A stretch of 64,000 bases of DNA. Origin: Squalus acanthias (lineage: Eukaryota). The DNA lies in NCBI GenBank assembly GCA_030390025.1, contig JASTWF010000033.1, positions 2,854,001 to 2,918,000 on the forward strand, in the 5' to 3' direction. The position numbers and the translations under genes are program-made. Positions 37,083 through 50,900 of this stretch are shown here, piece after piece. Numbering within the stretch: the first letter of the stretch is position 1; each line of letters begins with the position of its first letter. The notes under the pieces were generated by a model. It saw nothing but the letters and a program-made list of their open reading frames with translations, had not been told where the DNA came from and made no database searches.

Positions 37083-37334
37083 CATAATGAAATTCAGTGC
37101 TCATGAACCACAGATTCTCAGGGCGGTGTTGGGGGAAGGTGATTAATCAGCACCAAAATAATTAAAGTATTTACAATAACTCTACTTAGAGTAAGAATAA
37201 GTCAATATAGAGAGGATTTGAATACTGTAACACTGCTGTCCTGCTGTTTACCTGTCAGTAATTAGTTAACATCTGTTTCTGTTGGTGCAGTTCAGTAGGA
37301 AACAAAGCATTATCAATGCATTTCAACTTATATA

Positions 37335-38942
37335 TGAACATAAGAACATAAGAAATAGGAGCAGGAGTAGCCCATTCGGCCCCTCGAACCAGCTCCGCCA
37401 TTCAATAAAATCATGGCTGATCATCGACCTCAATAGCCGTTTCCAGCCACTGGGATAGAAACATAGAAAATAGGAGCAGGAGTAGGCCATTCGGCCCCTC
37501 GAGCCTGCTCCGCAATTCAATGCGATCATGGCTGATCATCCAAATTCAGTACCCTGTCCCTGCTTTCTCCCCATATCCCTTGATCACCTTAGCCTTAAGA
37601 AATATAACTAACTCCTTCTTGAATATATTTAATTAATTGGAATCAACTGTCTTCTGTGGTAGAGAATTCCACAGGTTCACCACTCTCTTGGTGAAGAAAT
37701 TCCTCCTCATCTCAAAACTAAATGGCTTACCCCTTATCCTTAGATTGTGACCCCTGGCTCTGGACACTCCCACCATCGGGAACATCCTTCCTGCATCTAG
37801 TCTGTCTAGTCCTGTTAGAATTTTATAAGTTTCAATGAGATCCCCTCTCATTCTTCTAAACTCTAGCGAATACAAGCTCAATCGACCCAATCTCTCTTCA
37901 TACGTCATTCCTGCCATCCCAGGTATCAGCCTGGTGAATCTTCGCTGCACTCTCTCCATGGCAAGAACATCCTTGCTTTGGTAAGGCGACCAAAACTGCA
38001 CACAATATTCAATGTGTGGTCTCACCAAGACCTGTACAACTGCAGCAAGACATCCTTGCTCCTGTACTCGAATCCTCTCGCTATGAAGGCCAACATACCA
38101 TTTGCCTTCTTAACCGCCTGCTGCACCTGCATGCTTACCTTCAGCGACTTGTGCACAAGGACACCCAGGTCTCGTTGCACTTCGCCTTTTCCCAATCTAT
38201 TGCCATTCAGATAATAATCTGCCTTCCTGTTTTTGCCACCAAAGTGGATAACCTCGCATTTATCCACATTATACTGCATCTGCCGTGCATCTGTCCAATC
38301 ACCCAACCTGTCCAAATGATATTGGAGTTTCTCAGCATCCTCCTCACAGCAGACACGCCCACCCAGTTGTGTGTCATCTTCAAACTTAGAGATATTACAT
38401 CTAGTTCCCTCGTCTAGATCATTAATATATATTATGAATAACTGGGGTTCTAGCACGATCCCTTCGGTACCCCACTAGTCACTGCCTGCCACTCGGAAAA
38501 AGTCCCGTTTATTTCAACTCTCTGCTTCCTGTCTGCCAATCAGTTTTCTATCCAAGATAGTACCTTAGCCCCAATCCCGTGTGCTTCAACTTTGCACGCT
38601 AATCTCTTATGCGGGACCTTATCGAAAGCCTTCTGAAATTCCAAATACACTACATCCACTGGTTCTCCCTAATCTATTCTACCAGTTACATCCTCAAAAA
38701 ATTCCAGTAGATTAGTCAAGCATGATTTAACATTTGTAAATCCATGTTGACTTTGTCTGATCCTGTCACTCTTTTCCAAGTGCTCTGCTATTACATCATT
38801 TATTATGGACTCTAGCATTTTGCCCACTACCGATGTCAGGCTTACCGGTCTATAATTCCCCATTTTCTCTCTACCACCTTTTTATAATAGTGGGTTTACA
38901 TTAGCTACCCTCCAATCCATGGGAGCTGTTCCAGAGTCTATA
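37335..38942 (-). mobile_element. 5'-truncated CR1 LINE with doubled 3' UTR/tail
   Basis: RT motifs on minus; two successive aaataggagcaggagtag modules at ~37351 and ~37468. Confidence 0.92.
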
Positions 38943-39170
38943 GGTGTTCCACTCCGGTTAGTGACCTACACTCAGTGCAATTCTACTGTGACAGATACTC
39001 CCAGTAATACAAGGCCACTGGGTTCAGGTGTTCCACTCTGGTTAGTGACCCACACTCAGTAATTCTACAGTGACAGATACTCCCAGTAATACATGGCCAC
39101 TGGGGTCAGGTGTTCCACTCCGGTTAGTGACCCACACTCAGTTCATTTCTACAGTGAGACACCCTTCCAC
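38943..39170. repeat. ~83-bp tandem repeat, ~2.6 copies (mirrored at ~60610-60835)
   Basis: ggtgttccactcyggttagtgacc starts at 38943, 39027 and 39109. Confidence 0.85.
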
Positions 39171-39479
39171 TAATACCTTCTCTCAGAGAGTTCCTTACAC
39201 TGAGGTCTGATTCAACAGTACACAATATTACACGAAAGTCAATAACTACATAACACAGCGAGCCCGTGAGTTACAAACAGAGTTTTACTTTCAGTTGATG
39301 CAATGGAATAAAACCTCAGAAATAATTCAGGTCATTTTTCTAAACGAAATGCTATCACTGATCGGGTAGCTGTATAACGGTGACCACTGGATCAGGATGT
39401 AACATTATCAGTCACAGAGTAAAACCAGAGACCACCTCACACACAGATTTACACAAATTCAATGGTGATAATCACTTAC

Positions 39480-39546
39480 CAGGAACACCAATGGCGGCAA
39501 TGATCATGTAGCACATTTGCTGTGCATGTTCAATTGGCTGAAGCAT
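39480..39546 (-). CDS. GPR139-like GPCR exon 1 (MLQPIEHAQQMCYMIIAAIGVP), predicted to splice to 19244
   Basis: ATG plus 67 nt ending CCTG|gtaagt; the phase-1 join gives ..IGVP-V-NLLAIVILS, restoring TM1. Confidence 0.85.
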
Positions 39547-39610
39547 ATTCTGTGTGAAGCGATGTGTCCCTTCGTGCTGCAGGCAATATCTCTGAATTAT
39601 ACTCTGAGGC

Positions 39611-39638
39611 GGGACATTCCCAGAGCCTTTCATTTATA
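39611..39638 (-). promoter_or_regulatory. Candidate core promoter: TATAAA (39633-39638) and GGGAATGTCCC motif (39611-39621)
   Basis: About 90 bp upstream of the ATG; identical in the paralog (60137-60164). Confidence 0.55.
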
Positions 39639-40066
39639 CCCTGCGGGATATCCACGGGGAGATTGAAGTTGCAACATCGCTGAAAATATTATTTAAAAAA
39701 ACATTTGAACAAACAGATGATGACAGCCGAGTTAATTCCCTGCTGTGATGGAATATATTTAGTGCTGAGATTGAGATTGAAAACCCCAAAGACCGGAGAA
39801 TTCTGGTCACATGAATTAACTAATGACAATTGCCAGCTGTATTCTCCCAGCAATGGGGTTGTTGTTTCAAACACCACCAGGCCCATCTCTAGACCTCATA
39901 TTGTTTCGGTGATGTCCTTCACTCTGCTGTGGCCATTCTGTAATTAAATTCCAAAAGTTAGAGTGTCCTCTCAGGGCTGCTCTGCTGCGCTCTGGGAAGG
40001 GGCTGTCCGCCTTAACTGTGGCCATTTAGTTAAACAAGTAAGTGGTGAATTTGTGTCGATGGATCC

Positions 40067-40810
40067 TCAAACTAATGCAGCCCATCATCTAATACAGTAC
40101 CTCAAACCAATACAGTACATCAAACTAATACAGTACCTGAAACTAATACAGTACCTGAAACTAATACAGCCCCTCAAACAAATGCAGCCCCTCATCTAAT
40201 ACAGTACCTCAAACAAATACAGTACATCAAACTAATACAGTACCTGTAACTAATACAGTACCTGAAACTAATACAGCCCCTCAAACTAATACAGTTCCTC
40301 AAACTAATACAGTTCATCAAACTAATACAGTACCTGAAACTAATACAGTACCTGAAACGAATACAGCCCCTCAAACTAATACAGACCCTCAAACTAATAC
40401 AATACCTCAAACTAATACAGTTCCTCAAACTAATACAGTACCTGAAACTAATACAGTACCTCAAACTAATACAGCTCCTCAAACTAATACAGCCCCTCAA
40501 ACTAATACAGACCCTCAAACTAATACAATACCTCAAACTAATACAGTTCCTCAACCTAATACAGTACATCAAACTAATACAGGACCTGAAACTAATACAG
40601 TACCTGAAACTAATACAGTACCTCAAACTAATACAGCTCCTCAAACTAATACAGCCCCTCAAACTAATGCAGCCCCTCAAACTAATACAGCTCCTCAAAC
40701 TAATACAGCTCCTCAAACTAATACAGCATATCAAACTATTACAAACCATCAAACTAATACAATACCTCAAACTAATACAGCTCCTCAAACTAATACAGTT
40801 CCTTTAACTA
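40067..40810. repeat. 18-bp satellite (ctcaaactaatacagnnc)n, ~41 units
   Basis: Directly visible. Confidence 0.96.
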
Positions 40811-41040
40811 GTAGAAAGACCCACCCACCACCTTTCTGGTGCAAAGTCCTGTAATCTCCTGTTCCCACAAAGTCACAGTGCATGGGATATCACTTGCCAG
40901 ACACCATGAGGTCGTTACCAGGCTAACCGCAACTCATTGTACAGATTATTTGAACAGTTTAACAATGCGAATTCTAAAAATAAATTTAAAAGTCTTGTGT
41001 TTATTTCTGTTAAGTTAGTAATGGTCTATTAAATAAAGGC

Positions 41041-41912
41041 ATGGCAGGGCACCTCATTCCCGTGGAATACACATCTTGTGCCATGTGGGAACTCCAGTCC
41101 ACTTCCCGTGTCCTGGACAATCACATGTGCAGGAAGTGTCGTCAGCTGGAGGAGCTCGAACTCCGGGTTTAGGAGCTTGAACAGCAACTGGCGTCACTGC
41201 GGTGGATCGGTGATACTGAGAACTGCGTGGATCGCATGTTTCAGGAGATGGTTACCCCGCAACCTAAGAATATGCAGGCAGAGAGGGAATGGGTGACCGC
41301 CAGACAGACAAGGTGGACCAGGCAGGTAGTGCAGTAGTCTCCTGAGTGCATCTCACTCTCTAACCGGTATTCAGTGGTACATACTGGAGAGGGAGTTGGT
41401 TCCTCTGGCGAGTACAGCCAGAGCCAAGTCCAGAGCACCAAGGGTGGATCAGCTCTACAGTGGGGGGTGGGGGGGGGGGGGGGGGCGGGGGAGGAGAAAG
41501 ATCAGGAAAGCAATAGTGATCGGGGATTCAATAGTTAGGGGAATAGACAATCGTTTCTGCGGCCGCAGACGTGACTCCATGATAGTATGTTTCCTCCCTG
41601 GTGCCAGGGTCAAGGACTGAAGAACATTCTGAGGGGGGAGGTTAAACAGCCAGAAGTCGTGGTCCATATCGGTACCAATGACATATGTAGAAAGAGGGAT
41701 GACGACCTGCAGGCAGATTTTAGGGAGCTGGGAAAGCGATTAAAATCAGGACCTCAAAGGTAGTAATCTCCGGATTACTCCCAGTGCCTGTGCTGTGAGT
41801 ATAGAAATAGGAGGATAGAGCAGATGAATGAGTGGCTGGAGAGATGGTGCATTAGGGAGTGCTTTAGATTCCTGGGACATTGGGACCGGTTCTCGGGGAG
41901 GTGGGGCCTGTA
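41041..41912 (+). mobile_element. CR1 ORF1 fragment truncated by the satellite
   Basis: SCAMWEL..HMCRKC..LELRV*ELEQQL; AIVIGDSIVRG; FLPGARV; HIGTND. Confidence 0.88.
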
Positions 41913-44900
41913 CAGACTCCGAAAGTTCATTTCACAGATCCAGACAGCTCCATTCACAGACACAGACAGATCCATTCACAGACTCAGACAGCTCCATTCA
42001 CAGACCCAGACAGCAGAATTCACAGACACAGACAGCTCCATTCACTAACCCAGACAGCTCAATTTACAGACTCTCGCAGCTCCATTCACAGAAATAGACA
42101 GCTCCATTCACAGACCCAGACAGCTTCTTTCACAGATCCAGACAGCTCCATTCACAAACCCAGACAGCACCATTTACAGACTCTGGCAGCTCCATTCACA
42201 GACTCAGACAGCTCCAGTCACAGACCCAGACAGCTCATTCACAGACACAGATAGCTCCATTCACAGACCCAGACAACTCCATACACAGACTGAGACAGCT
42301 CCATTTACAGACTCTGGCAACTTCACAATTCACAGACCCAGACAGCTCCATTCACAGACTCAGACAGCTCCATTCACAGACCGAGAAAGCTCCATTCACA
42401 GACCCAGAAAGCTGCATTCACAGACCCAGACAGTGCCATTCACAGACCCAGAAACATAATTTCACAGACCCAGACAGCTCTATACACAGACTCAGAAAGC
42501 TCCATTCTCAGAATCAGACAGCTCCATTCACAGACTCAGACAGCTCCATTCACAGACCCAGACAACTCCATTTTCAGACCCAGACAGCACATTTCACAGA
42601 CCAAGACAGCTCATTCACAGACACAGACAGTTCCATTCACAGATCCGGACAGCTCCATTCACTGACCCAGACAGCTCATTCACCGACACAGATAGCTCCA
42701 TTCACAGACCCAAACAGCACCATTCTCAGACTCAGACATCACCATTCACAGACTCAGACAGCTCCATTCACAGACCCAGAAAGCTCCATTCACAGACCCA
42801 GACAGCTCCATTCACAGACCCAGACAGCTCCATTCACAGACTCTAGCAGCTCCATTCACAGACCCAGACAGCTCGATTCACCGACCCAGACAACTCCATT
42901 CACAGACTCAGACAGCACCATTTACAGACCCAGACAGCTCCATTCAGAGACCCAGACAACTCAATTTTCAGACACAGTCAGCACATTTCACAGACCCAGA
43001 CAGCTCATTCACAGACACAGACAGTTCCATTCACAGACCCAAACAGCACCATTCTCAGACTCAGACAGCTTCATTCACAGACTCAGACAGCTGATTCACA
43101 GACACAGATAGCTCCATTCACAGACCCAAACAGCACCATTCACAGACTCAGACAGCTCCATTCACAGACCCAGACAGCTCCATTTACAGACCCAGACAGC
43201 TCCATTCACAGACACAGACATCTCAATTCACAGACCCAGACAGCTCCATTTACAGACCCAGACAGCTCCATTCACAGATCCAGACAGCTCCATTCACAGA
43301 CTCATTCAGCTTCATTCACGGACCCAAACAGCTCCATTCACAGACCCAGACAGCACATTTCACAAATCCAGACAGCTCCATTCAAAGACACAGACAGCTC
43401 ATTTCATCGACCAACACAGCTCCATTCACAGACCCAGATAGCTCCATTGACGAGAGGTCTTCGACCTGAAACGTTAACTCTGTTTCTCTCTCCACGGATT
43501 GTGCCTGGCCTGCAGAGTTTTCCAGCGTTTTCTGTTGTTAGATTAATTCACAGATTCAGACAGCTCCATTCACAAACTCAGAAAGTTCATTGCAGAGACC
43601 TAGATAGCACCATTCACAGACACAGACAGTTCCATTCACAGACCCAGACAGCTCCATTCACAGACTCCGAAAGTTCATTTCACAGACCCAGACAACTCCA
43701 TTCACAGACCCACACAGCTCCATTTACAGACTCTCTCAGCTCCATTCACAGACATAGACAGCTCCATTCACAGACCCAGACAGCTTCTTTCACAGACCCA
43801 GACAGCTCCATTCACAGACCGAGTCTGCTCCATTTACAGACTCTGGCAGCTCCATTCACAGACCCAGACAACTCCATTCACAGACCCAGAAAGCTGCATT
43901 CACAGACCCAGACAGTGCCATTCACAGACCCAGAATGCTAATTTCACAGACCCAGACAGCTCTATACACAGACTCAGAAAGCACCATTTTCAGAATCAGA
44001 CAGCTCCATTCACAAACTCAGACAGCACCATTTACAGATCCAGACAGCACCATTCACAGACCCCGACAGCTACATACACAGAACCAGACAGCTCCATTCA
44101 CAGACCCAGACACTTCCATTCACAGACTCAGACAGTTCCATTCACAGACCCAGACAGCTCATTCACAGACACAGATAGCTCCATTCACAGACTCAGACAG
44201 CTCTATTCACAGACCCAGACAACTCCATTCACAAACCCAGGCAGCTCCATTCAAAGATTCAGAAAGCTAATTTCACAGACCGAGACAGCTCCATTTAGAG
44301 ACTCAGACAGCTCCATTCACAGACTCAGACAGCTTCATTTAGAGACTCAGACAGCTCCATTCACAGACCCAGACAGCTCCATTTACAGACCCAGACAGCT
44401 CCATTCACAGACACAGACATCTCCATTCACAGACCCAGACAGCTCCATTTACAGACCCAGACAGCTCCATTGACGAGAGTTCTTCGACCTGAAACGTTAA
44501 CTCTGTTTCTCTCTCCACGGATTGTGCCTGGCCTGCAGAGTTTTCCAGCGTTTTCTGTTGTTAGATTCATTCACAGATTCAGATAGCTCCATTCACAGAC
44601 TCAGAAGGTTCATTTCAGAGACCTAGATAGCACCATTCACAGACACAGACAGTTCCATTCACAGACCCAGACTGGCTCCATTTACAGACCCAGACAGCTC
44701 CATTTACAGACTCTGATAGCTCAATTTACAGACCCATGCAGCTCCATTCACAGACCCAGACAACTCATTGCACAGACTCAGTCAGCTCAATTCACAGACC
44801 TTGACATCACAATTCACAGACCCAGACAGCTCCATTCACAGACTCAGACAGCTCCATTCACAGACTGAGAAAGCTCCATTCACAGACCCAGAAAGCTGCA

Positions 44901-47900
44901 TTCACAGACCCAGACAGTGCCATTCACAGACCCAGAAACATAATTTCACAGACCCAGACAGCTCTATACACAGACTCTAAAAGCTCCATTCTCAGAATCA
45001 GACAGCTCCATTCACAGACTGAGACAGCTCCATTTACAGATCCAGACAGCTCCATTCACAGACTCAGACAGCACCATTCACAGACTCAGACAGCTCCATT
45101 CACAGACCCAGACAACTCCATTTTCAGACCCAGACAGCACATTTCACAGACCCAGACAGCTGATTCACAGACACAGACAGTTCCATTCACAGATCCGGAC
45201 AGCTCCATTTACAGACTCAGACAGCTCCATTCACAGACCCAGACAGCTCCATTCACAGACCCAGACAGCTCCATTCACAGACCCAGACAGCTCATTCACC
45301 GACACAGATAGCTCCATTCACAGACCCAAACAGCATCATTCTCAGACTCAGACATCACCATTCACAGACTCAGACAGCTCCATTCACAGACCCAGAAAGC
45401 TCCATTCACAGACCCAGATAGCTCCATTCACAGAACCAGACAGCTCCATTCACAGACCCAGACAGCTCGATTCACCGACACAGACAACTCCATTCACAGA
45501 CTCAGACAGCACCATTCACAGACCCAGACAGCTCCATTCAGAGACCCAGACAACTCCATTTTCAGACACAGACAGCACATTTCACAGACCCAGACAGCTC
45601 ATTCACAGACACAGACAGTTCCATTCACAGACCCAAACAGCACCATTCTCAGACTCAGACAGCTCCATTCACAGACTCAGACAGCTGATTCACAGACACA
45701 GATAGCTCCATTCACAGACCCAAACAGCACCATTCACAGACTCAGACAGCTCCATTCACAGACCCAGACAGCTCCATTTACAGACCCAGACAGCTCCATT
45801 CACAGACACAGACATCTCCATTCACAGACCCAGACAGCTCCATTTACAGACCCAGACAGCTCCATTCACAGACCCAGACAGCTCCATTCACAGACCCAGA
45901 CAGCACATTTCAAAAATCCAGACAGCTCCATTCAAATACACAGACAGCTCATTTCATCGACCAAGACAGTTCCATTCACAGACCAAGATAGCTCCATTGA
46001 AGATAGTTCTTCGACCTGAAACGTTAACTCTGTTTCTCTCTCCACGGATTGTGCCTGGCCTGCAGAGTTTTCCAGCGTTTTCTGTTGTTAGATTAATTCA
46101 CAGATTCAGACAGCTCCATTCACAGACTCAGAAAGTTCATTGCAGAGACCTAGATAGCTCCATTCACAGACACAGACAGTTCCATTCACAGACCCAGACA
46201 GCTCCATTTACAGACCCAGACAGCTCCATTTACAGACTCTGATAGCTCAATTTACAGACCCATGCAGCTCCATTCACAGACCCAGACAACTCACTGCACA
46301 GACTCAGTCAGCTCAATTCACAGACCCTGACATCACAATTCACAGACTCAGACAGCTCCATTCACAGACTCAGACAGCTACATTCTCAGACCGAGAAAGC
46401 TCCATTCACAGACCCAGAAAGCTGCATTCACAGACCCAGACAGTGCCATTCACAGACCCAGAAACATAATTTCACAGACCCAGACAGCTCTATGCACAGA
46501 CTCTAAAAGCTCCATTCTCAGAATCAGACAGCTCCATTCACAGACTCAGACAGCTCCATTTACAGATCCAGACAGCTCCATTCACAGACTCAGACAGCAC
46601 CATTCACATACTCAGACAGCTCCATTCACAGATCCAGACAACTCCATTTTCAGACCCAGACAGCACATTTCACAGACCCAGACAGCTCATTCACAGACAC
46701 AGACAGTTCCATTCACAGATCCGGACAGCTCCATTTACAGACTCAGACAGCTCCATTCACAGACCCAGACAGCTCCATTCACAGACCCAGACAGCTCCAT
46801 TCACAGACCCAGACAGCTCATTCACCGACACAGATAGCTCCATTCACAGACCCAAACAGCACCATTCTCAGACTCAGACATCACCATTCACAGACTCAGA
46901 CAGCTCCATTCACAGACCCAGAAAGCTCCATTCACAGACCCAGATAGCTCCATTCACAGAACCAGACAGCTCCATTCACAGACCCAGACAGCTCCATTCA
47001 CAGACTCTAGCAGCTCCATTCACAGACCCAGACAGCTCCATTCACCGACCCAGACAACTCCATTCACAGACTCAGACAGCACCATTCACAGAACCAGACA
47101 GCTCCATTCAGAGACCCAGACAACTCCATTTTCAGACACAGACAGCACATTTCACAGACCCAGACAGCTCATTCACAGACACAGACAGTTCCATTCACAG
47201 ACCCAAACAGCACCAGTCTCAGACTCAGACAGATCCATTCACAGACTCAGACAGCTGATTCACAGACACAGATAGCTCCATTCACAGACCCAAACAGCAC
47301 CATTCACAGACTCAGACAGCTCCATTCACAGACCCAGACAGCTCCATTTACAGACTCAGACAGTTCCATTCACAGACTCAGACAGCTCTATTCACAGACC
47401 CAGACAACTCCATTCACAAACCCAGGCAGCTCCATGAAAAGATTCAGAAAGCTCATTTCACAGACCGAGACGGCTCCATTTAGAGACTCAGACAGCTCCA
47501 TTCACAGACTCAGACAGCTTCATTTAGAGACTCAGACAGCTCCATTCACAGACCCAGACAGCTCCATTTACAGACCCAGACAGCTCCATTCACAGACACA
47601 GACATCTCCATTCACTGACCCAGACAGCTCCATTTACAGACCCAGACAGCTCCATTCACAGACCCAGACAGCTCCACTCACAGACTCAGTCAGCTTCATT
47701 CACGGACCCAAACAGCTCCATTCACAGACCCAGTCAGCACGTTTCACAAATCCAGACTGCTCCATTCAAAGACACAGACAGCTCATTTCATCGACCAAGA
47801 CAGCTCCATTTACAGACCCAGACAGCTCCATTGACGAGAGTTCTTCGACCTGAAACGTTAACTCTGTTTCTCTCTCCACGGATTGTGCCTGGCCTGCAGA

Positions 47901-50900
47901 GTTTTCCAGCGTTTTCTGTTGTTAGATTCATTCACAGATTCAGACAGCTCCATTCACAGACTCAGAAAGTTCATTTCAGAGACCTAGATAGCACCATTCA
48001 CAGACACAGACAGTTCCATTCACAGACCCAGACAGCTCCATTCACAGACTCTAGCAGCTCCATTCACAGACCCAGACAGCTCGATTCACCGACCCAGACA
48101 ACTCCATTCACAGACTCAGACAGCACCATTCACAGAACCAGACAGCTCCATTCAGAGACCCAGACAACTCCATTTTCAGACACAGACAGCACATTTCACA
48201 GACCCAGACAGCTCATTCACAGACACAGACAGTTCCATTCACAGACCCAAACAGCACCAGTCTCAGACTCAGACAGCTCCATTCACAGACTCAGACAGCT
48301 GATTCACAGACACAGATAGCTCCATTCACAGACCCAAACAGCACCATTCACAGACTCAGACAGCTCCATTCACAGACCCAGACAGCTCCATTTACAGACT
48401 CAGACAGTTCCATTCACAGACTCAGACAGCTCTATTCACAGACCCAGACAACTCCATTCACAAACCCAGGCAGCTCCATGAAAAGATTCAGAAAGCTCAT
48501 TTCACAGACCGAGACGGCTCCATTTAGAGACTCAGACAGCTCCATTCACAGACTCAGACAGCTTCATTTAGAGACTCAGACAGCTCCATTCACAGACCCA
48601 GACAGCTCCATTTACAGACCCAGACAGCTCCATTCACAGACACAGACATCTCCATTCACTGACCCAGACAGCTCCATTTACAGACCCAGACAGCTCCATT
48701 CACAGACCCAGACAGCTCCACTCACAGACTCAGTCAGCTTCATTCACGGACCCAAACAGCTCCATTCACAGACCCAGTCAGCACGTTTCACAAATCCAGA
48801 CTGCTCCATTCAAAGACACAGACAGCTCATTTCATCGACCAAGACAGCTCCGTTTACAGACCCAGACAGCTCCATTGACGAGAGTTCTTCGACCTGAAAC
48901 GTTAACTCTGTTTCTCTCTCCACGGATTGTGCCTGGCCTGCAGAGTTTTCCAGCGTTTTCTGTTGTTAGATTCATTCACAGATTCAGACAGCTCCATTCA
49001 CAGACTCAGAAAGTTCATTTCAGAGACCTAGATAGCACCATTCACAGACACAGACAGTTCCATTCACAGACCCAGACAGCTCCATTCACAGACTCCGAAA
49101 GTTCATTTCACAGACCCAGACAACTCCATTCACAAACACAGACAGCTCCATTTCCAGACCCAGACAGCTGCATTTACAGACTCAGACAGCTCAATTCACA
49201 GACACAGACAGCTCCAATCACCGACCCAGATAGCTACATTCACAAACCTTGACAGCACCATGCAAAGACCCAGACAACTCCATACACAGACTGAGACAGC
49301 TCCATTTACAGACTCTGGCAGCTCCATTCAGGACATAGACAGCTCCATTCACAGACCCAGACAGCTTCTTTCACAAACCCAGACAGCTCCATTCACAGAC
49401 CGAGTCAGCTCCATTTGCAGACTCTGGCAGCTCCATTCACAGACTCAGACAGTTCCATTCACAGACCCAGTCAGCTCATTCACAGACACAGATAGCTACA
49501 TTCAAAGACTCAGACAGCTCTATTCACAGACCCAGAGAGGTCCATTCATAGACCCAGACAACTCCATACAAAGACTGAGACAGCTCCATTTACAGACTCT
49601 GGCAGCTCCATTCACAGACACAGACAGCTCCATCACAGACTCAAACAGCTCCATTTACAGACCCTAACAGCTCCATTTACAGACCCAAATGGCTCCATTT
49701 ACAGACTCTGACAGCTCAATTCACAGACCCATGCAGCTCCATTCGCAGACACAGATAGCTCCATTCACAGACACAGACAACTCCATACACAGACCCAAAC
49801 AGCTCCATTCACAGACCCAGACAGCTCCATTTACAGACTCTGACAGCTCAATTCACAGACACATGCAGCTCCATTCACAGACCCAGACAACTCATTGCAC
49901 AGACTCAGTCAGCTCAATTCACAGACCCTGACATCGCAATTCACCGACCCAGACAGCTTCATTCACAGACTCAGACAGCTCCATTCACAGACCCAGACAG
50001 CTCCATTCACAGACCCCGAAAGCTGCATTCACAGACCCAGACAGTGCCATTCACAGACCCAGAAAGCTAATTTCACAGACCCAGACAGCTCTATACACAG
50101 ACTCAGAAAGCTCCATTCTCAGAATCAGACAGCTCCATTCACAAACTCAGACAGCACCATTTACAGATCCAGACAGCTCCATTCATAGGCTCAGACAGCA
50201 CCATTTACAGATCCAGACAGCACCATTCACAGACCCCGACAGCTCCATACACAGACCCAGACAGCTCAATTCACAGACACAGACACTTCCATTCACAGAC
50301 TCAGACAGTTCCATTCACAGACCCAGACAGCTCATTCACAGACACAGATAGCTCCAGTCACAGACTCAGACAGCTCTATTCACAGACCCAGACAGCTCCA
50401 TTCACAGATCCAGACAACTCCAGACACAGACTGAGACAGCTCCATTTACAGACTCTGGCAGCTCCATTCACAGACTCAGACAGCTCCATCACAGACTCAA
50501 ACAGCTCCATTTACAGACCCTAACAGCTCCATTTACAGACCCAAATGGCTCCATTTACAGACTCTGACAGCTCAATTCACAGACCCATGCAGCTCCATTC
50601 GCAGACACAGATAGCTCCATTCACAGACACAGACAACTCCATACACAGACCCAAACAGCTCCATTCACAGACCCAGACAGCTCCATTTACAGACTCTGAC
50701 AGCTCAATTCACAGACACATGCAGCTCCATTCACAGACCCAGACAACTCATTGCACAGACTCAGTCAGCTCAATTCACAGACCCTGACATCGCAATTCAC
50801 CGACCCAGACAGCTTCATTCACAGACTCAGACAGCTCCATTCACAGACTCAGACAGCTCCATTCACAGACCCCGAAAGCTGCATTCACAGACCCAGACAG

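Noticed and set aside
39689..39947. Short ORFs upstream of exon 1 that recur at 59829-60087
   Set aside because: Recurrence is explained by the recent duplication; no recognisable domain or splice context
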